Of a stretch of 64,000 nt of DNA, positions 52,891-62,326 are shown in pieces. Below the pieces are notes generated by a model. That model was not told the DNA's origin, made no database searches, and saw nothing but the letters and a program-made list of their open reading frames with translations. The DNA lies in the IMG/VR virus record IMGVR_UViG_3300045988_111426; one strand, written 5' to 3'. Each line of letters starts with the position of its first letter. Position 1 is the first letter of the stretch. Origin of the DNA: a virus. Position numbers and translations under genes: made by a program.

Positions 52891-55800
52891 TTACACAAGA
52901 CCCACGGAAATGGTCATCTCAAGGTGAACATTTTCTATCGTATGGTGATGAATCTTTATGACGTTCTGATCGAGAGAAATTGAGAAATCTTTGACGACTT
53001 CACCATTTGAGAGCATCTTCGAATCCGAGATCTTGTAGAGCATTCCGATATTCTTTGCGCAATATTCTTCCACATAGACACGAGGATCGTCGATTGTGCC
53101 AAGACGATCAACGGCATCGATCATGTCCTGCTTGAACTTTTCCAAGAAAGAATCGATGAGGTTAATCTCGGAAGAATAGTTCCCTTGATCATCGACATTC
53201 CAATTCTCGACAGTGATCTCGAACGAATTGGGGAGGTTGAGGATCTTCGATGAGAACATACTCGTGAAATCTGCAAAGTGCTTAGATTTGTCATAAGGGA
53301 TAGATGTGTCGCCAAAAAGTGGGAGACTTGTGACCTTTAATGACTTATGGTCGTTGTATACGAACTCTGGGATTCGGATATCTCCGAGCACAAATGCAGT
53401 ATTCTCCTTGCGGATGTCGTAGTTGATCGTCTTGTCGAATGTGTCCTTAGAGTCATTGTAAGACATTCGATAATGGTCGATCATAGAAGAGACTTTCGGA
53501 TTGATAGCAGTCGATAGCTTACTGATCTTTGGATCATACTTTCCGCCATATCTCTTCATAGAGCCGAGATCAATAGGTCGGTGGAACTTGAACTGGAGGT
53601 CATCTTGTCTTCTATCTTCTGTATATGAGAAGTTGTTATTTTCTACTATCTCACGAAGAAGAGAGAAGTTGACAAACTCGTGCTGGAAATTGTGGAAGTT
53701 TTTACCACCACCAACGAGATACCACTTCAAGGACTTCTTCTTAGGATCTAACGATTGGATATGCTGTACAAGAGACTTTGGCGTAAGTGTGGTGATGGCT
53801 TCCATCGATGGCTTGTTTGCTTCAATATAAACAACACCATCATCAATCGTGAAGAACTCATGCGAGTTGTCCCATTTCTTGACTGATTTGCCGATAACGA
53901 TCGAATTGTGGTTATAGTCTTTGATTGTCAGAGATCCGTGCTTAAGATAAATCCCAAGAGAATCACACTTCAAGGATCTGAACATTACGAGATTCTTTCT
54001 ATTAGTTTCCAGATCTTCTTCCACACCGATTATCTCCATGAACGTTTTATCATCTTTCAGAGAGTACCATTCGTGAAGTTTACGTGGACTACCATTGATC
54101 ATAGCATCGATTTCAATAGAACTGTCGGTATAAGACACGAACCGCATATCGAGTTCTATACCAAACATCTGGTCATATTCCTGCATCTTGATAGTGTCAT
54201 TGTTCTGAGAATCGACACCAATCTTCAGAAGACCACTGACACCTTCAAAGTCGATTCTATCACCATCGATTATCTTCCCATCTTTAGACTTGGTGGATTG
54301 AGACCCCATTGTGTAAAGATTAAGGAAGGAGAGGTTGTTTTTCGATATCTTGTAGTCATTGTAAGAAATCGTACAGATCATGACGATATTCTTGAATCGA
54401 CGATTTCTTACAATGCGTATGGAAGATTGACCATTTGGATTTACGTTGAGGATCGAGGAGAATCTGTAACCGTCGATGTCGTTCTTGGAAGTGATACTAA
54501 TAAGCACACCTCTGAAGAAAGTGACATAGTCACCGACATTGTTCTTCGAGATTATCGACCAATTTTCGGAAGGATCAGTCTTTGAATATGCCCCATTTCT
54601 AAAGCTATAACCGAAGACAGTGAAGTATTCTTGGAAGTAGTCATAACTCGAGAAACAATACTTCAGTTCGTTGAATGGTTCAGAGAAGTATGATGACATT
54701 TTCCCATCTTCCTCCACGAGTGGATGTCTCGAAATTGGGAAGAACTCATGGGTGTAATACTTCGGATTAGGATAGGAGATGTTGAATGACGGAGAGAAGT
54801 TGTCAGTACCGAACTCTTCCGATACGTTCAGACGATACTCATCCAGACGTACATCTTTAAACTCAGAAACCCACTTACAGACGGACTGTAGAGAAACAAG
54901 AGGTCTCTTCTCATCAATCGATACGACATCATAACCGAGGAACTTTGACAAATCGGGATCTGTCTTCTGCTCTTCTGGTGTATATTGTCCAAGTTCAATG
55001 AGTATGTCGTTTCTCTTGGTCTTCGTCTTGAGCATGAAGTCGAAGTCACAAATGTCGATAAAGTTCACTACAGACAAGGTGAACTCGGTCTGATCATAAA
55101 CCTGTATGACGTTCTTTGTCTGATAGATTGGTGTGTCCGAGATTATGTCGAACATGTCAACATGTCGTCTCTTCTTGACGTGCTTGATTCGTTCGAAGTG
55201 ATTCCCATTCTTCACGTATTTGCCTACACAGTTGAGAGCATTAGAATGGGACATCATGAAGTTGTTATCACTTCTTGAGAATTTCTCATACAAGAGCGAA
55301 AGTGTTCCATCGGCAGAGGTTATCTCGAACTCAATAGAAGGTCTTGTTGAGTTTTCGACGATTATTCTATCGTGGTCATTATCCACGAAGACTTTCACAC
55401 CATACAGACGGAGAGCATCAACGACCCATTCAAGACACGAAGCAATTCTCTGAAGGACTTCTTCTTTAGATCCGAATGGGTTGTAATATGTCAAGAACCA
55501 TCCATCTCGAGACCATTTCTCATAACCATAGTCACCCCTTTCAAGATTCGAGAGTGTGTTGGAGAGTATCGTTTCTGATTCCTTACCATCAATGAAGATC
55601 TTTATAGACGTGTTGATCATCGGCTTTCGTGAAGCGTCGTAGATGATCTCGTTGTAAGCAGGTTCTTGCTCTTGATCTCCCTGCAAACGTATGTTGAAGA
55701 TATTCGTTGTTGTGTATTGTGGGAAATCTTTCTTTCGAAAGTTCTTGATATCAACAACTGCGTCATCAGTCTTCATAAGACAAAGATCGACATCTTTGAA

Positions 55801-56637
55801 GTTGTCTTGTATCTTCTGTATTACGACATCATTCAGATCGGAATAAAGATAAGTCGTGAGGTTTATGTCATCAGCATAAAGACCGAAGTAATTCTCATAC
55901 TTAAGTTCCGTTGAAGGATCATCAAACAAGAACTCGAAGTTGAAGAGCTTGTGGGATACAAGCGAATGTCTCTTGTAACCTTCAGTGATCCATTTGTCAA
56001 ACTCATAGACACTTTGAGCACCACCGACGAAGTCTTCGATTGATTCTGATACTTGAACAATTGATGATTTTTCCACCGATATACCAGTGTAAGTGACGTG
56101 TTTTTGTATGAAGTCGCATTGCACATGGGAATTTTGGAAAAGTGGGAAATCGGTGAGTTTCTCGAAGTACTTGCCTATTGGGGACTTATGAAGATCGATT
56201 ATCTTCAAGATTTGGCAGTCACGAAGTCTGTCCTTCTTCCCATCTGACTTGTAGATGATGAAGTACTTCGGAAGTTTTTCACCAATGTAAAGTGGGGCAA
56301 AAATCGAAAATTCCTCATCATAAAGCATCGACGTACATCTCTGAACTTTGTAAAGATAGGTCTGATCAACCATGTCCGCATATTTCTCATAGACATAACC
56401 ATCGGGTTTCGTGGGGGATTCGTAGAATATGTTCCGAGGAACATCAGCGAAAACTTTTGAGATATCATCAAAAGGTGCTGATGATACACTAAGTGGTTTC
56501 GTATAAGCTATGCTCGACAAGGTATCATTAACTGGTATTGTGGAAATCTGGAAATCTCCATCTGACTTCACTACAAACTTGATATTGCCAGTTAATAATG
56601 GGTTTGTTCTAACAATTGCTGATGATCTTTTAGACAT
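52891..56637 (-). CDS. large late structural protein (baseplate or fibre), function unknown
   Basis: 1248-aa ORF. Late box at 56648..56665, preceded by terminator 56673..56708. Confidence 0.6.
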   Translation of the reverse strand: MSKRSSAIVRTNPLLTGNIKFVVKSDGDFQISTIPVNDTLSSIAYTKPLSVSSAPFDDISKVFADVPRNIFYESPTKPDGYVYEKYADMVDQTYLYKVQRCTSMLYDEEFSIFAPLYIGEKLPKYFIIYKSDGKKDRLRDCQILKIIDLHKSPIGKYFEKLTDFPLFQNSHVQCDFIQKHVTYTGISVEKSSIVQVSESIEDFVGGAQSVYEFDKWITEGYKRHSLVSHKLFNFEFLFDDPSTELKYENYFGLYADDINLTTYLYSDLNDVVIQKIQDNFKDVDLCLMKTDDAVVDIKNFRKKDFPQYTTTNIFNIRLQGDQEQEPAYNEIIYDASRKPMINTSIKIFIDGKESETILSNTLSNLERGDYGYEKWSRDGWFLTYYNPFGSKEEVLQRIASCLEWVVDALRLYGVKVFVDNDHDRIIVENSTRPSIEFEITSADGTLSLLYEKFSRSDNNFMMSHSNALNCVGKYVKNGNHFERIKHVKKRRHVDMFDIISDTPIYQTKNVIQVYDQTEFTLSVVNFIDICDFDFMLKTKTKRNDILIELGQYTPEEQKTDPDLSKFLGYDVVSIDEKRPLVSLQSVCKWVSEFKDVRLDEYRLNVSEEFGTDNFSPSFNISYPNPKYYTHEFFPISRHPLVEEDGKMSSYFSEPFNELKYCFSSYDYFQEYFTVFGYSFRNGAYSKTDPSENWSIISKNNVGDYVTFFRGVLISITSKNDIDGYRFSSILNVNPNGQSSIRIVRNRRFKNIVMICTISYNDYKISKNNLSFLNLYTMGSQSTKSKDGKIIDGDRIDFEGVSGLLKIGVDSQNNDTIKMQEYDQMFGIELDMRFVSYTDSSIEIDAMINGSPRKLHEWYSLKDDKTFMEIIGVEEDLETNRKNLVMFRSLKCDSLGIYLKHGSLTIKDYNHNSIVIGKSVKKWDNSHEFFTIDDGVVYIEANKPSMEAITTLTPKSLVQHIQSLDPKKKSLKWYLVGGGKNFHNFQHEFVNFSLLREIVENNNFSYTEDRRQDDLQFKFHRPIDLGSMKRYGGKYDPKISKLSTAINPKVSSMIDHYRMSYNDSKDTFDKTINYDIRKENTAFVLGDIRIPEFVYNDHKSLKVTSLPLFGDTSIPYDKSKHFADFTSMFSSKILNLPNSFEITVENWNVDDQGNYSSEINLIDSFLEKFKQDMIDAVDRLGTIDDPRVYVEEYCAKNIGMLYKISDSKMLSNGEVVKDFSISLDQNVIKIHHHTIENVHLEMTISVGLV

Positions 56638-56647
56638 ATTTCGGACA

Positions 56648-56665
56648 AAGTTTCGTTATTTACAA
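56648..56665 (-). promoter_or_regulatory. late-type box (TTGTAAATAACGAAACTT)
   Basis: 10 nt upstream of ATG 56637. Confidence 0.55.
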
Positions 56666-56672
56666 ATATGTC

Positions 56673-56708
56673 GAGAGAGCCGATAGAAAAAGATCTGTCG
56701 GCTCTCTC
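56673..56708 (-). terminator. terminator after ligA
   Basis: GAGAGAGCCGA / TCGGCTCTCTC 11-bp stem. Confidence 0.6.
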
Positions 56709-56730
56709 ATTAATGTTCTGGGGAGGATGA

Positions 56731-58692
56731 TTAGAAGAGTGCTTTTGAAGGATCTATCAACGACTTTTGCTGTTCCTCAATGATCGTCTCCATTCCCAAC
56801 AGTTCTCTAAACTCTGATTCGCTATAAATCCTAATCCCTGCACTCATCGCCTTTTGTTCCTTCGATGATCCACTTCCCTTCTCCTTAATGACAAGATCAG
56901 TAACTACCTTCGTGTATGTTGCAGACACTTTCCCACCATTTTTAACAATAGTGTCTTCCATCGCCTTGTTTCTGAAACCAGTGAAACAGAAAACTCTCCC
57001 TTGATAAATGTCGGATTCTGTGGTTTCTACCTTTGTCTTGAAAGTGAGTACCGAGGACAAGGACTTATAGAAATCGATAAACTTCTTATAGTTTTCCACA
57101 AAGATACCTGCTTGGATATCCCCGAATCCGTTGATTTTGAGAATGTCTGTGGATGAGGGGTAGAAATCTTCTAAGTTTTCCCACGTGAGAGAATACTCAT
57201 CGACGATCCATTGAAGTTTGACTGATCCAAGACTTTGGAACATGTTTGATGCGTGCATAAGACGAGAAATGGTGATGTCGGATATACACTTTTCAAGCGA
57301 ACGGACAATGTTGGAAGAACGCTTGTCTCCAAACTCTGAGAACACACTCGCACGATCTCTGATGACTCTTACTATTTCGTCAGTGTATAAAGAATTCTTG
57401 TCGAAGATCTTCTCATATGTCACATCTGACATTCCTTCAACACCGAGCACTTTGAAGAAGAATATGAACTCTTGTAGATTTCTACCAGAGCATCTCTCAT
57501 TTGGACAATAGACATCAACGAGAGAATCATCAAGAACAATAGGAGATGAACAGTAGGGACATTCTCGGAAGAGATGACCTTCTGTGACCATTTCTCCATA
57601 AGACTTCCATCTTTCTTTCTTTGGAATAGAGTGAATTCTTGGAATCACCTTTCCAGATCTCTTGATGATAATCTCTTCACCGCATCTTAGTCCATTGTCA
57701 CGGACATAACTCGCATTGTCGACGTAGATGTTGTTGCCACACATAGCACCATCAATGAGGACTTTATCGGTGGTGATAGTTGGGTTGAAAGTCCCATCTT
57801 TCCCGATGAACCAATTCAAGGATCTAATAATCACTTTCTTTGTATCACCAAACGATCCCTTATAAGCAATAGCGAACTTTGGATTTCCGATAGAGTTGCG
57901 ACCAAGAGAATCTGCAACAGAGAGGTCATTGATATCAATCACAAGACCATCGATTTCAAACTCAAGGATAAACTCTTGATAAGTTGTTGATAGGAATTCT
58001 TCGGTTATGTCTTCAAAGTCGACAAGAATGTACCGAACAGGTATCTTGTTGAGAGTGTTCAACCTGTCGATCATCTCCTGCTTTGTCTTATAAGAACCAG
58101 CATAACTGGTGTACTTCATAAAGACAAAGTCTCGAAGCTCCTCCGAAGACCTTGATCGTGGATTGAGCTTTCCTGCGACCATGTTTCTCACATTCTTGTA
58201 TTCTGATGAGTACTTCTCTGAGAATACGCTCTGTGGGATGATAAGCTCACCGACTATTTCTTCATCATCTTTAAAAAGTGGTTCTATAAGTGAGAAATGG
58301 TGAGAAATAGAAAAGCTCATATTCTCACGACCTTTCACGAGTGCTGTCACACTTCCATCTTCTGATATTTTCACCCCACAAGACACACCATCATACTTTG
58401 GTGTGACGATGAACTTCTGAGACTGGAGGTTATTTTTAGAGACCCACTCACGGAATTCCTCGATTGTCTTGATTTTCTCGAGACCATACATCGGGATCGA
58501 GTTTTCTACACGAGCGTGAGAAACACGACCATCGAAAAGTCTCGTACACGTGACCAGAGAATAGTGATTATACGCCTTATCATAGTCTTCATCAGAGGCA
58601 GTTGGAAATCCAGAGCGATATTCATCGTTTCTCTCACGTAACCATTCTCTCAAAAGATCGAGGTCTAAGGAACAGATGTCGTCAATATTCAT
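56731..58692 (-). CDS. ligA: NAD-dependent DNA ligase
   Basis: Adenylation motif TPKYDGVS (KxDG), OB region, Cys4 zinc finger CPYCSSPIV...CPNERC, HhH region and C-terminal BRCT (GRVFCFTGF...). The 653-aa length is typical of LigA. Confidence 0.88.
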   Translation of the reverse strand: MNIDDICSLDLDLLREWLRERNDEYRSGFPTASDEDYDKAYNHYSLVTCTRLFDGRVSHARVENSIPMYGLEKIKTIEEFREWVSKNNLQSQKFIVTPKYDGVSCGVKISEDGSVTALVKGRENMSFSISHHFSLIEPLFKDDEEIVGELIIPQSVFSEKYSSEYKNVRNMVAGKLNPRSRSSEELRDFVFMKYTSYAGSYKTKQEMIDRLNTLNKIPVRYILVDFEDITEEFLSTTYQEFILEFEIDGLVIDINDLSVADSLGRNSIGNPKFAIAYKGSFGDTKKVIIRSLNWFIGKDGTFNPTITTDKVLIDGAMCGNNIYVDNASYVRDNGLRCGEEIIIKRSGKVIPRIHSIPKKERWKSYGEMVTEGHLFRECPYCSSPIVLDDSLVDVYCPNERCSGRNLQEFIFFFKVLGVEGMSDVTYEKIFDKNSLYTDEIVRVIRDRASVFSEFGDKRSSNIVRSLEKCISDITISRLMHASNMFQSLGSVKLQWIVDEYSLTWENLEDFYPSSTDILKINGFGDIQAGIFVENYKKFIDFYKSLSSVLTFKTKVETTESDIYQGRVFCFTGFRNKAMEDTIVKNGGKVSATYTKVVTDLVIKEKGSGSSKEQKAMSAGIRIYSESEFRELLGMETIIEEQQKSLIDPSKALF

Positions 58693-58762
58693 ATCTTAAG
58701 AGATCTTTTTTAGTGTTTTGTACGATTCTTATCATAAGAACATACTTTCCTTATCACAGAGA

Positions 58763-58828
58763 GGTACTTTCCTTGCGCTCTGATAGGTCTTGTGGGGTGA
58801 AAATAGCACAAATAAGCGATGACCTCAA
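58763..58828 (-). promoter_or_regulatory. cassette E9 (minus orientation; upstream arm replaced by terminator hairpin)
   Basis: Minus-strand read: TTG (58828-58826), N20, TATTTTCA (58805-58798), N21, GCAAGGAAAGTACC (58776-58763). It lies upstream of ligA. Confidence 0.5.
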
Positions 58829-58850
58829 GAGAGAGGTTCTCTTGAGGTCA
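58820..58850 (-). terminator. terminator after 58883..59278
   Basis: TGACCTCAAGAGA / TCTCTTGAGGTCA 13-bp stem with a 5-nt loop. Confidence 0.6.
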
Positions 58851-58882
58851 TTATAGATTAAAGATTGTGTTATTGGAATCTG

Positions 58883-59278
58883 TTAGTACTTGAACAATAA
58901 TTTCACTGCTTCTACGTGAGATTTCTGTCTTTCCCAAGACTTCTTATTCTTCTTGATAGATTCGATAACTTCCACAGATTGTTCCGTTTCGAGCATTGTA
59001 TCGAGATCTGAAATGTGGTTATCACAGACCTTGATAAGCTCGTTTACCTTATCCTCATTTGAGAATTGTGACATGACCTGCGAAAGATTCCACAGAAGTC
59101 GGTGAGATTTTTCGAGTTGTTCAAACTCATATGCGTCGACAGATAACTCATCATCCTCGCCATTGTTACTCATGTCTTGAATGTAAGAGTAGATCTTTTG
59201 CAAGGTGACATTTAGAATCTTTGCATCGAACGAGGCATATTCTACTGGTACTGGACTAATCATTGATTTTTCTTCCAT
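58883..59278 (-). CDS. hypothetical protein
   Basis: 131-aa ORF overlapping the end of 59256..60704 by 23 nt, followed by terminator 58820..58850. Confidence 0.5.
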   Translation of the reverse strand: MEEKSMISPVPVEYASFDAKILNVTLQKIYSYIQDMSNNGEDDELSVDAYEFEQLEKSHRLLWNLSQVMSQFSNEDKVNELIKVCDNHISDLDTMLETEQSVEVIESIKKNKKSWERQKSHVEAVKLLFKY

Positions 59279-60704
59279 CTTCGAGTTTTCTATCGTTTTT
59301 CTTAATATGTTCTATGAGCTTCTTGTTCAACACGACCATTTCATCAAACTTGGACGAGAGTGCGTTATATCTGTCGATGATTTGCATCATTGTCGCCATT
59401 ATTCTTGAAGAATCATCATTTACAGAGTGATGAGAAACGGCATCACCATAGTGGAAATCGGTCTTAAAGTTCAGTTTATATGACAGCGAATTACCCTGCT
59501 GATATGTGACGTTATCATGTCTTATTTTTCTTACTGTCGAGAGAACAGCAGATTCCGTGTTATATGGGACTACATCACCAAGGAACAGAACACCATAAAG
59601 ATTGGTCACTGTTTCCCCAGAAGAATCTTCAACATCGTAATAGACGAGGATACAGTTGAAATCAAAGCTTCGTGCACCAGACTTCGTATTAAAATCACCG
59701 AGCGTGGATATTCTATCAGAATGTGTCTTGTTATATTCTTCGATCTGCTTGTAAGATGACACCTCAAAGTCGATCGAGATACCATCAAGTGATGATCTTT
59801 TGAAAGTGACTGGATCAGAACCATCTGCGTATGATCTCGTGATTTCTACATTCGTGGCATTTCCGAACTCTTTATCGGTATAGTAACCATTTGGATACAA
59901 CGTCGATTTCTCTTGCATCCACTGTTGAGAATAGGTCAGTGTGCCTGGTTGTGTGTCACAGTCATAAACCGCTTCCACAGAAAGTCCCATGTCGGTGATG
60001 TCTCTCGAACTTCTACCGTTTATAAGTTCAGATTGCGCACGATGTCTTACCACAGTCTGTTCGTTATAGTTCTTATCGGATATTGATCTGAACATCACTT
60101 CTGGAGTAGAACCGTGATCAGAGGGAATGTTGATATAAGCTTCTGAATAAGAATCACCGTCGACGATATTCTCTCTTACAGAAATGTCGATATCACCGAT
60201 GTATTGAACAACTTTGTCGTATATTTCAGATTTTTCCTCGGTGAAGCGTTTGTCTTTGTCCGCTTTGAACTGTGACACCTCGGGCTGTTCTTCAAATCGG
60301 ATCGCCCCAGTTTCCTTGAGCCACTTGAAGAAGATTCTCTCGGATGCATTTCGAAGAGTGGCACGGTCATAAGTGTCGGATTCAAGGAGAATGCTTTCCA
60401 TGTTGAGGATGTAGTTTTGGAAAGATTCCGAGAGAATCTTCCTTGCACGGTCATGGATAAGGAGCGTCTTCTGACTATAGTCCGAGGTGTAGAAGCCTTC
60501 TATTCTTCGTGCATCAAGCGTATTTCTCTGAGAGGTATTTGTTTTAGATGCAACGATAGGTGGAAGATTGAGAAGTGCAAACTTTGAAAACTTAAATCCG
60601 TTCGCATCATTCCCAGATGAAATCGTCTTTACATCTTCACCAGACGATTTAAAAGTTATAAATGTTCCCCTTTTCAGAAGTGGAAGAAGAGGTGTATAAG
60701 ACAT
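59256..60704 (-). CDS. late structural protein, function unknown
   Basis: 482-aa ORF. Canonical late box at 60715..60732, 10 nt upstream of the ATG. Confidence 0.55.
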   Translation of the reverse strand: MSYTPLLPLLKRGTFITFKSSGEDVKTISSGNDANGFKFSKFALLNLPPIVASKTNTSQRNTLDARRIEGFYTSDYSQKTLLIHDRARKILSESFQNYILNMESILLESDTYDRATLRNASERIFFKWLKETGAIRFEEQPEVSQFKADKDKRFTEEKSEIYDKVVQYIGDIDISVRENIVDGDSYSEAYINIPSDHGSTPEVMFRSISDKNYNEQTVVRHRAQSELINGRSSRDITDMGLSVEAVYDCDTQPGTLTYSQQWMQEKSTLYPNGYYTDKEFGNATNVEITRSYADGSDPVTFKRSSLDGISIDFEVSSYKQIEEYNKTHSDRISTLGDFNTKSGARSFDFNCILVYYDVEDSSGETVTNLYGVLFLGDVVPYNTESAVLSTVRKIRHDNVTYQQGNSLSYKLNFKTDFHYGDAVSHHSVNDDSSRIMATMMQIIDRYNALSSKFDEMVVLNKKLIEHIKKNDRKLEDGRKIND

Positions 60705-60714
60705 GTTCTCGAGA

Positions 60715-60732
60715 ATATTTCGTTATTTAAAC
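60715..60732 (-). promoter_or_regulatory. late-type box (GTTTAAATAACGAAATAT)
   Basis: 10 nt upstream of ATG 60704. Overlaps the stop of the Hint-like ORF. Confidence 0.55.
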
Positions 60733-61403
60733 TTCTGTTTCTGACGGAACAGAAAGTATATCAAACGATCGAGAAATGTCTTCGTCCTTTTATTCCTATA
60801 GAAAAGTTCGAAGATTGACACTGATCCATGGCTTTCTTCATCTTTGATCTTTACTTCCACCTTTGTGTCAGAAGTTACACAATTGTGATTCAGAAGTCCA
60901 TCGGAGAAGTAAAGCCTGTCACACGACACCGAGACATCATAAGTCATATGTGGGAAGTAGGAACGTTCCACACTTATGAGCTTTGAAACACCACCTTCTA
61001 AGTTTATGATGTAAATGTGTCTGTGAGAAACATCAATCTTCCTTCTGAAGAAAGACAAACAAGAAGATATCCCAAACTTCTCAAGAGTGAAGATTCCGTA
61101 AGTTTCCGTGATTAGTGGATGATCTTTGGATATCACGGTCTTTTTACCATCTTCAAACCAGAGTTCATAAAGATGCTCCATTTGGCATCTATGAACTTTC
61201 TGAAGTTGTCTTGTGTTATGGGGATGAAGTCTGCTGTTTATGCATCCCGATTTGTCATTTTTACATTCGTGTGAGAGAACACGGAAGTTGGAAGATACGA
61301 GAAATGTCTCCAAAGTTTCATCTTTGGAGACATTTCTGAACTTCAGCAATCTTTCTGAAGATTCTATGATGTAGAGAAGTAGAGATGCTAAAAATTTCCT
61401 CAT
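60723..61403 (-). CDS. Hint/intein-like domain protein
   Basis: VISKDHPLIT (block-B-like TxxH). MTYDVSVSCDRLYFSDGLLNHN (block F/G-like, ending HN) is followed immediately by CVTSDTKVEVKIKD...SVSIFELF (block-A-like C..DT.V). Confidence 0.35.
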   Translation of the reverse strand: MRKFLASLLLYIIESSERLLKFRNVSKDETLETFLVSSNFRVLSHECKNDKSGCINSRLHPHNTRQLQKVHRCQMEHLYELWFEDGKKTVISKDHPLITETYGIFTLEKFGISSCLSFFRRKIDVSHRHIYIINLEGGVSKLISVERSYFPHMTYDVSVSCDRLYFSDGLLNHNCVTSDTKVEVKIKDEESHGSVSIFELFYRNKRTKTFLDRLIYFLFRQKQKFK

Positions 61404-62239
61404 CGATTAAGACTAAAATCGTTATAGTTCTTCGTTGTCACTGCAGAGATGAATCCACCCTTACCGCCGACACGACAGCGAACGAACCCCTTCATATTTA
61501 GGGTGGAAATAGTCCCAGCGATAGCGTGATCACCGTCCACAACGTCGGATGCACGGATGACATCACGCATTTGTTGTTCCATTGATCGTACTATTGCCTT
61601 GTAAACGATCCATTCATTCTCGGTGAGGAACTGGAGACAAGGTTCGTTGGATTGGGCGAGTTCTTCTACGAATTCATAGCTTGCAAGACCATACTTGATG
61701 CTGTTGGTCTTGAGCATCTTCTGACGACGACTACGAGACACCTTCTCGCCTGTGAGAGTTATCTTTTCTTGCTCTTCGTCTTGCTGTTGTTCTTGAGCAT
61801 CTTCGTCGATGATATCTTCGTTGTTATCCACACTGGTGAAATTAAGCTCGTGTTTTTCGCCATCAAGAAGATAAAGGACATGTCCCTTCATGTTGGAAGC
61901 ATCGTCGAAGTTGATCGATATCTCAACGACATCTGTGCATTCTATGCCTTCATCATCGATGGAGTTGAGGATCTTGCAGATGAATTCCATCTGTTCTACC
62001 GTCATTACGGATTGATGACCGTTGTAGATATCGTTCGTCTGACGTGGCTTGAACGAGATGAAGTCGTCTGACCAAGCTATGAACTGTTCGTATGCGTCTT
62101 TGTCGGTGCAGTTTGCGTTCTCATCTACGAGGAATTTGACCCCATTGTGGTAGATTGAGCGGGTTTGTCCACGCTTAGTGCATGAGTTATAGACGTTAAG
62201 CAAAGAGCTGTACTTGAGGTTGAGGATCTGAGTTGCCAT
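61400..62239 (-). CDS. hypothetical protein, possible C-terminal winged-helix
   Basis: 279-aa ORF, first gene behind TGTCAT array C and the TGGCA promoter block. Acidic central linker. No firm motif. Confidence 0.5.
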   Translation of the reverse strand: MATQILNLKYSSLLNVYNSCTKRGQTRSIYHNGVKFLVDENANCTDKDAYEQFIAWSDDFISFKPRQTNDIYNGHQSVMTVEQMEFICKILNSIDDEGIECTDVVEISINFDDASNMKGHVLYLLDGEKHELNFTSVDNNEDIIDEDAQEQQQDEEQEKITLTGEKVSRSRRQKMLKTNSIKYGLASYEFVEELAQSNEPCLQFLTENEWIVYKAIVRSMEQQMRDVIRASDVVDGDHAIAGTISTLNMKGFVRCRVGGKGGFISAVTTKNYNDFSLNR

Positions 62240-62282
62240 GATCGGAATTGTTGTTTAGTTGAATTGATTGATTGATCCGAGT

Positions 62283-62317
62283 GATCTTTCATAACAGTTA
62301 TAACAAAAATCGTGCCA
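62283..62317 (-). promoter_or_regulatory. conserved TGGCA/TGTTATAAC promoter-like block C
   Basis: Minus-strand read: TGGCACGATTTTTGTTATAACTGTTATGAAAGATC. Confidence 0.55.
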
Positions 62318-62326
62318 AATCATCAC

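Noticed and set aside
58740-58807. Apparent inversion of the GCTATTTTCACCCC core relative to the AGAGAGGTACTTTCCTTGC arm in E9 (and E8) compared with E1-E3, suggesting an invertible promoter switch.
   Set aside because: Because the arms are mutually reverse-complementary, the observation is equally explained by minus-oriented copies whose upstream arm was replaced by a terminator. The fixed TTG-N20-box-N21-arm geometry holds in that reading. No recombinase gene is seen in the window. Read-level evidence for both orientations would be needed.
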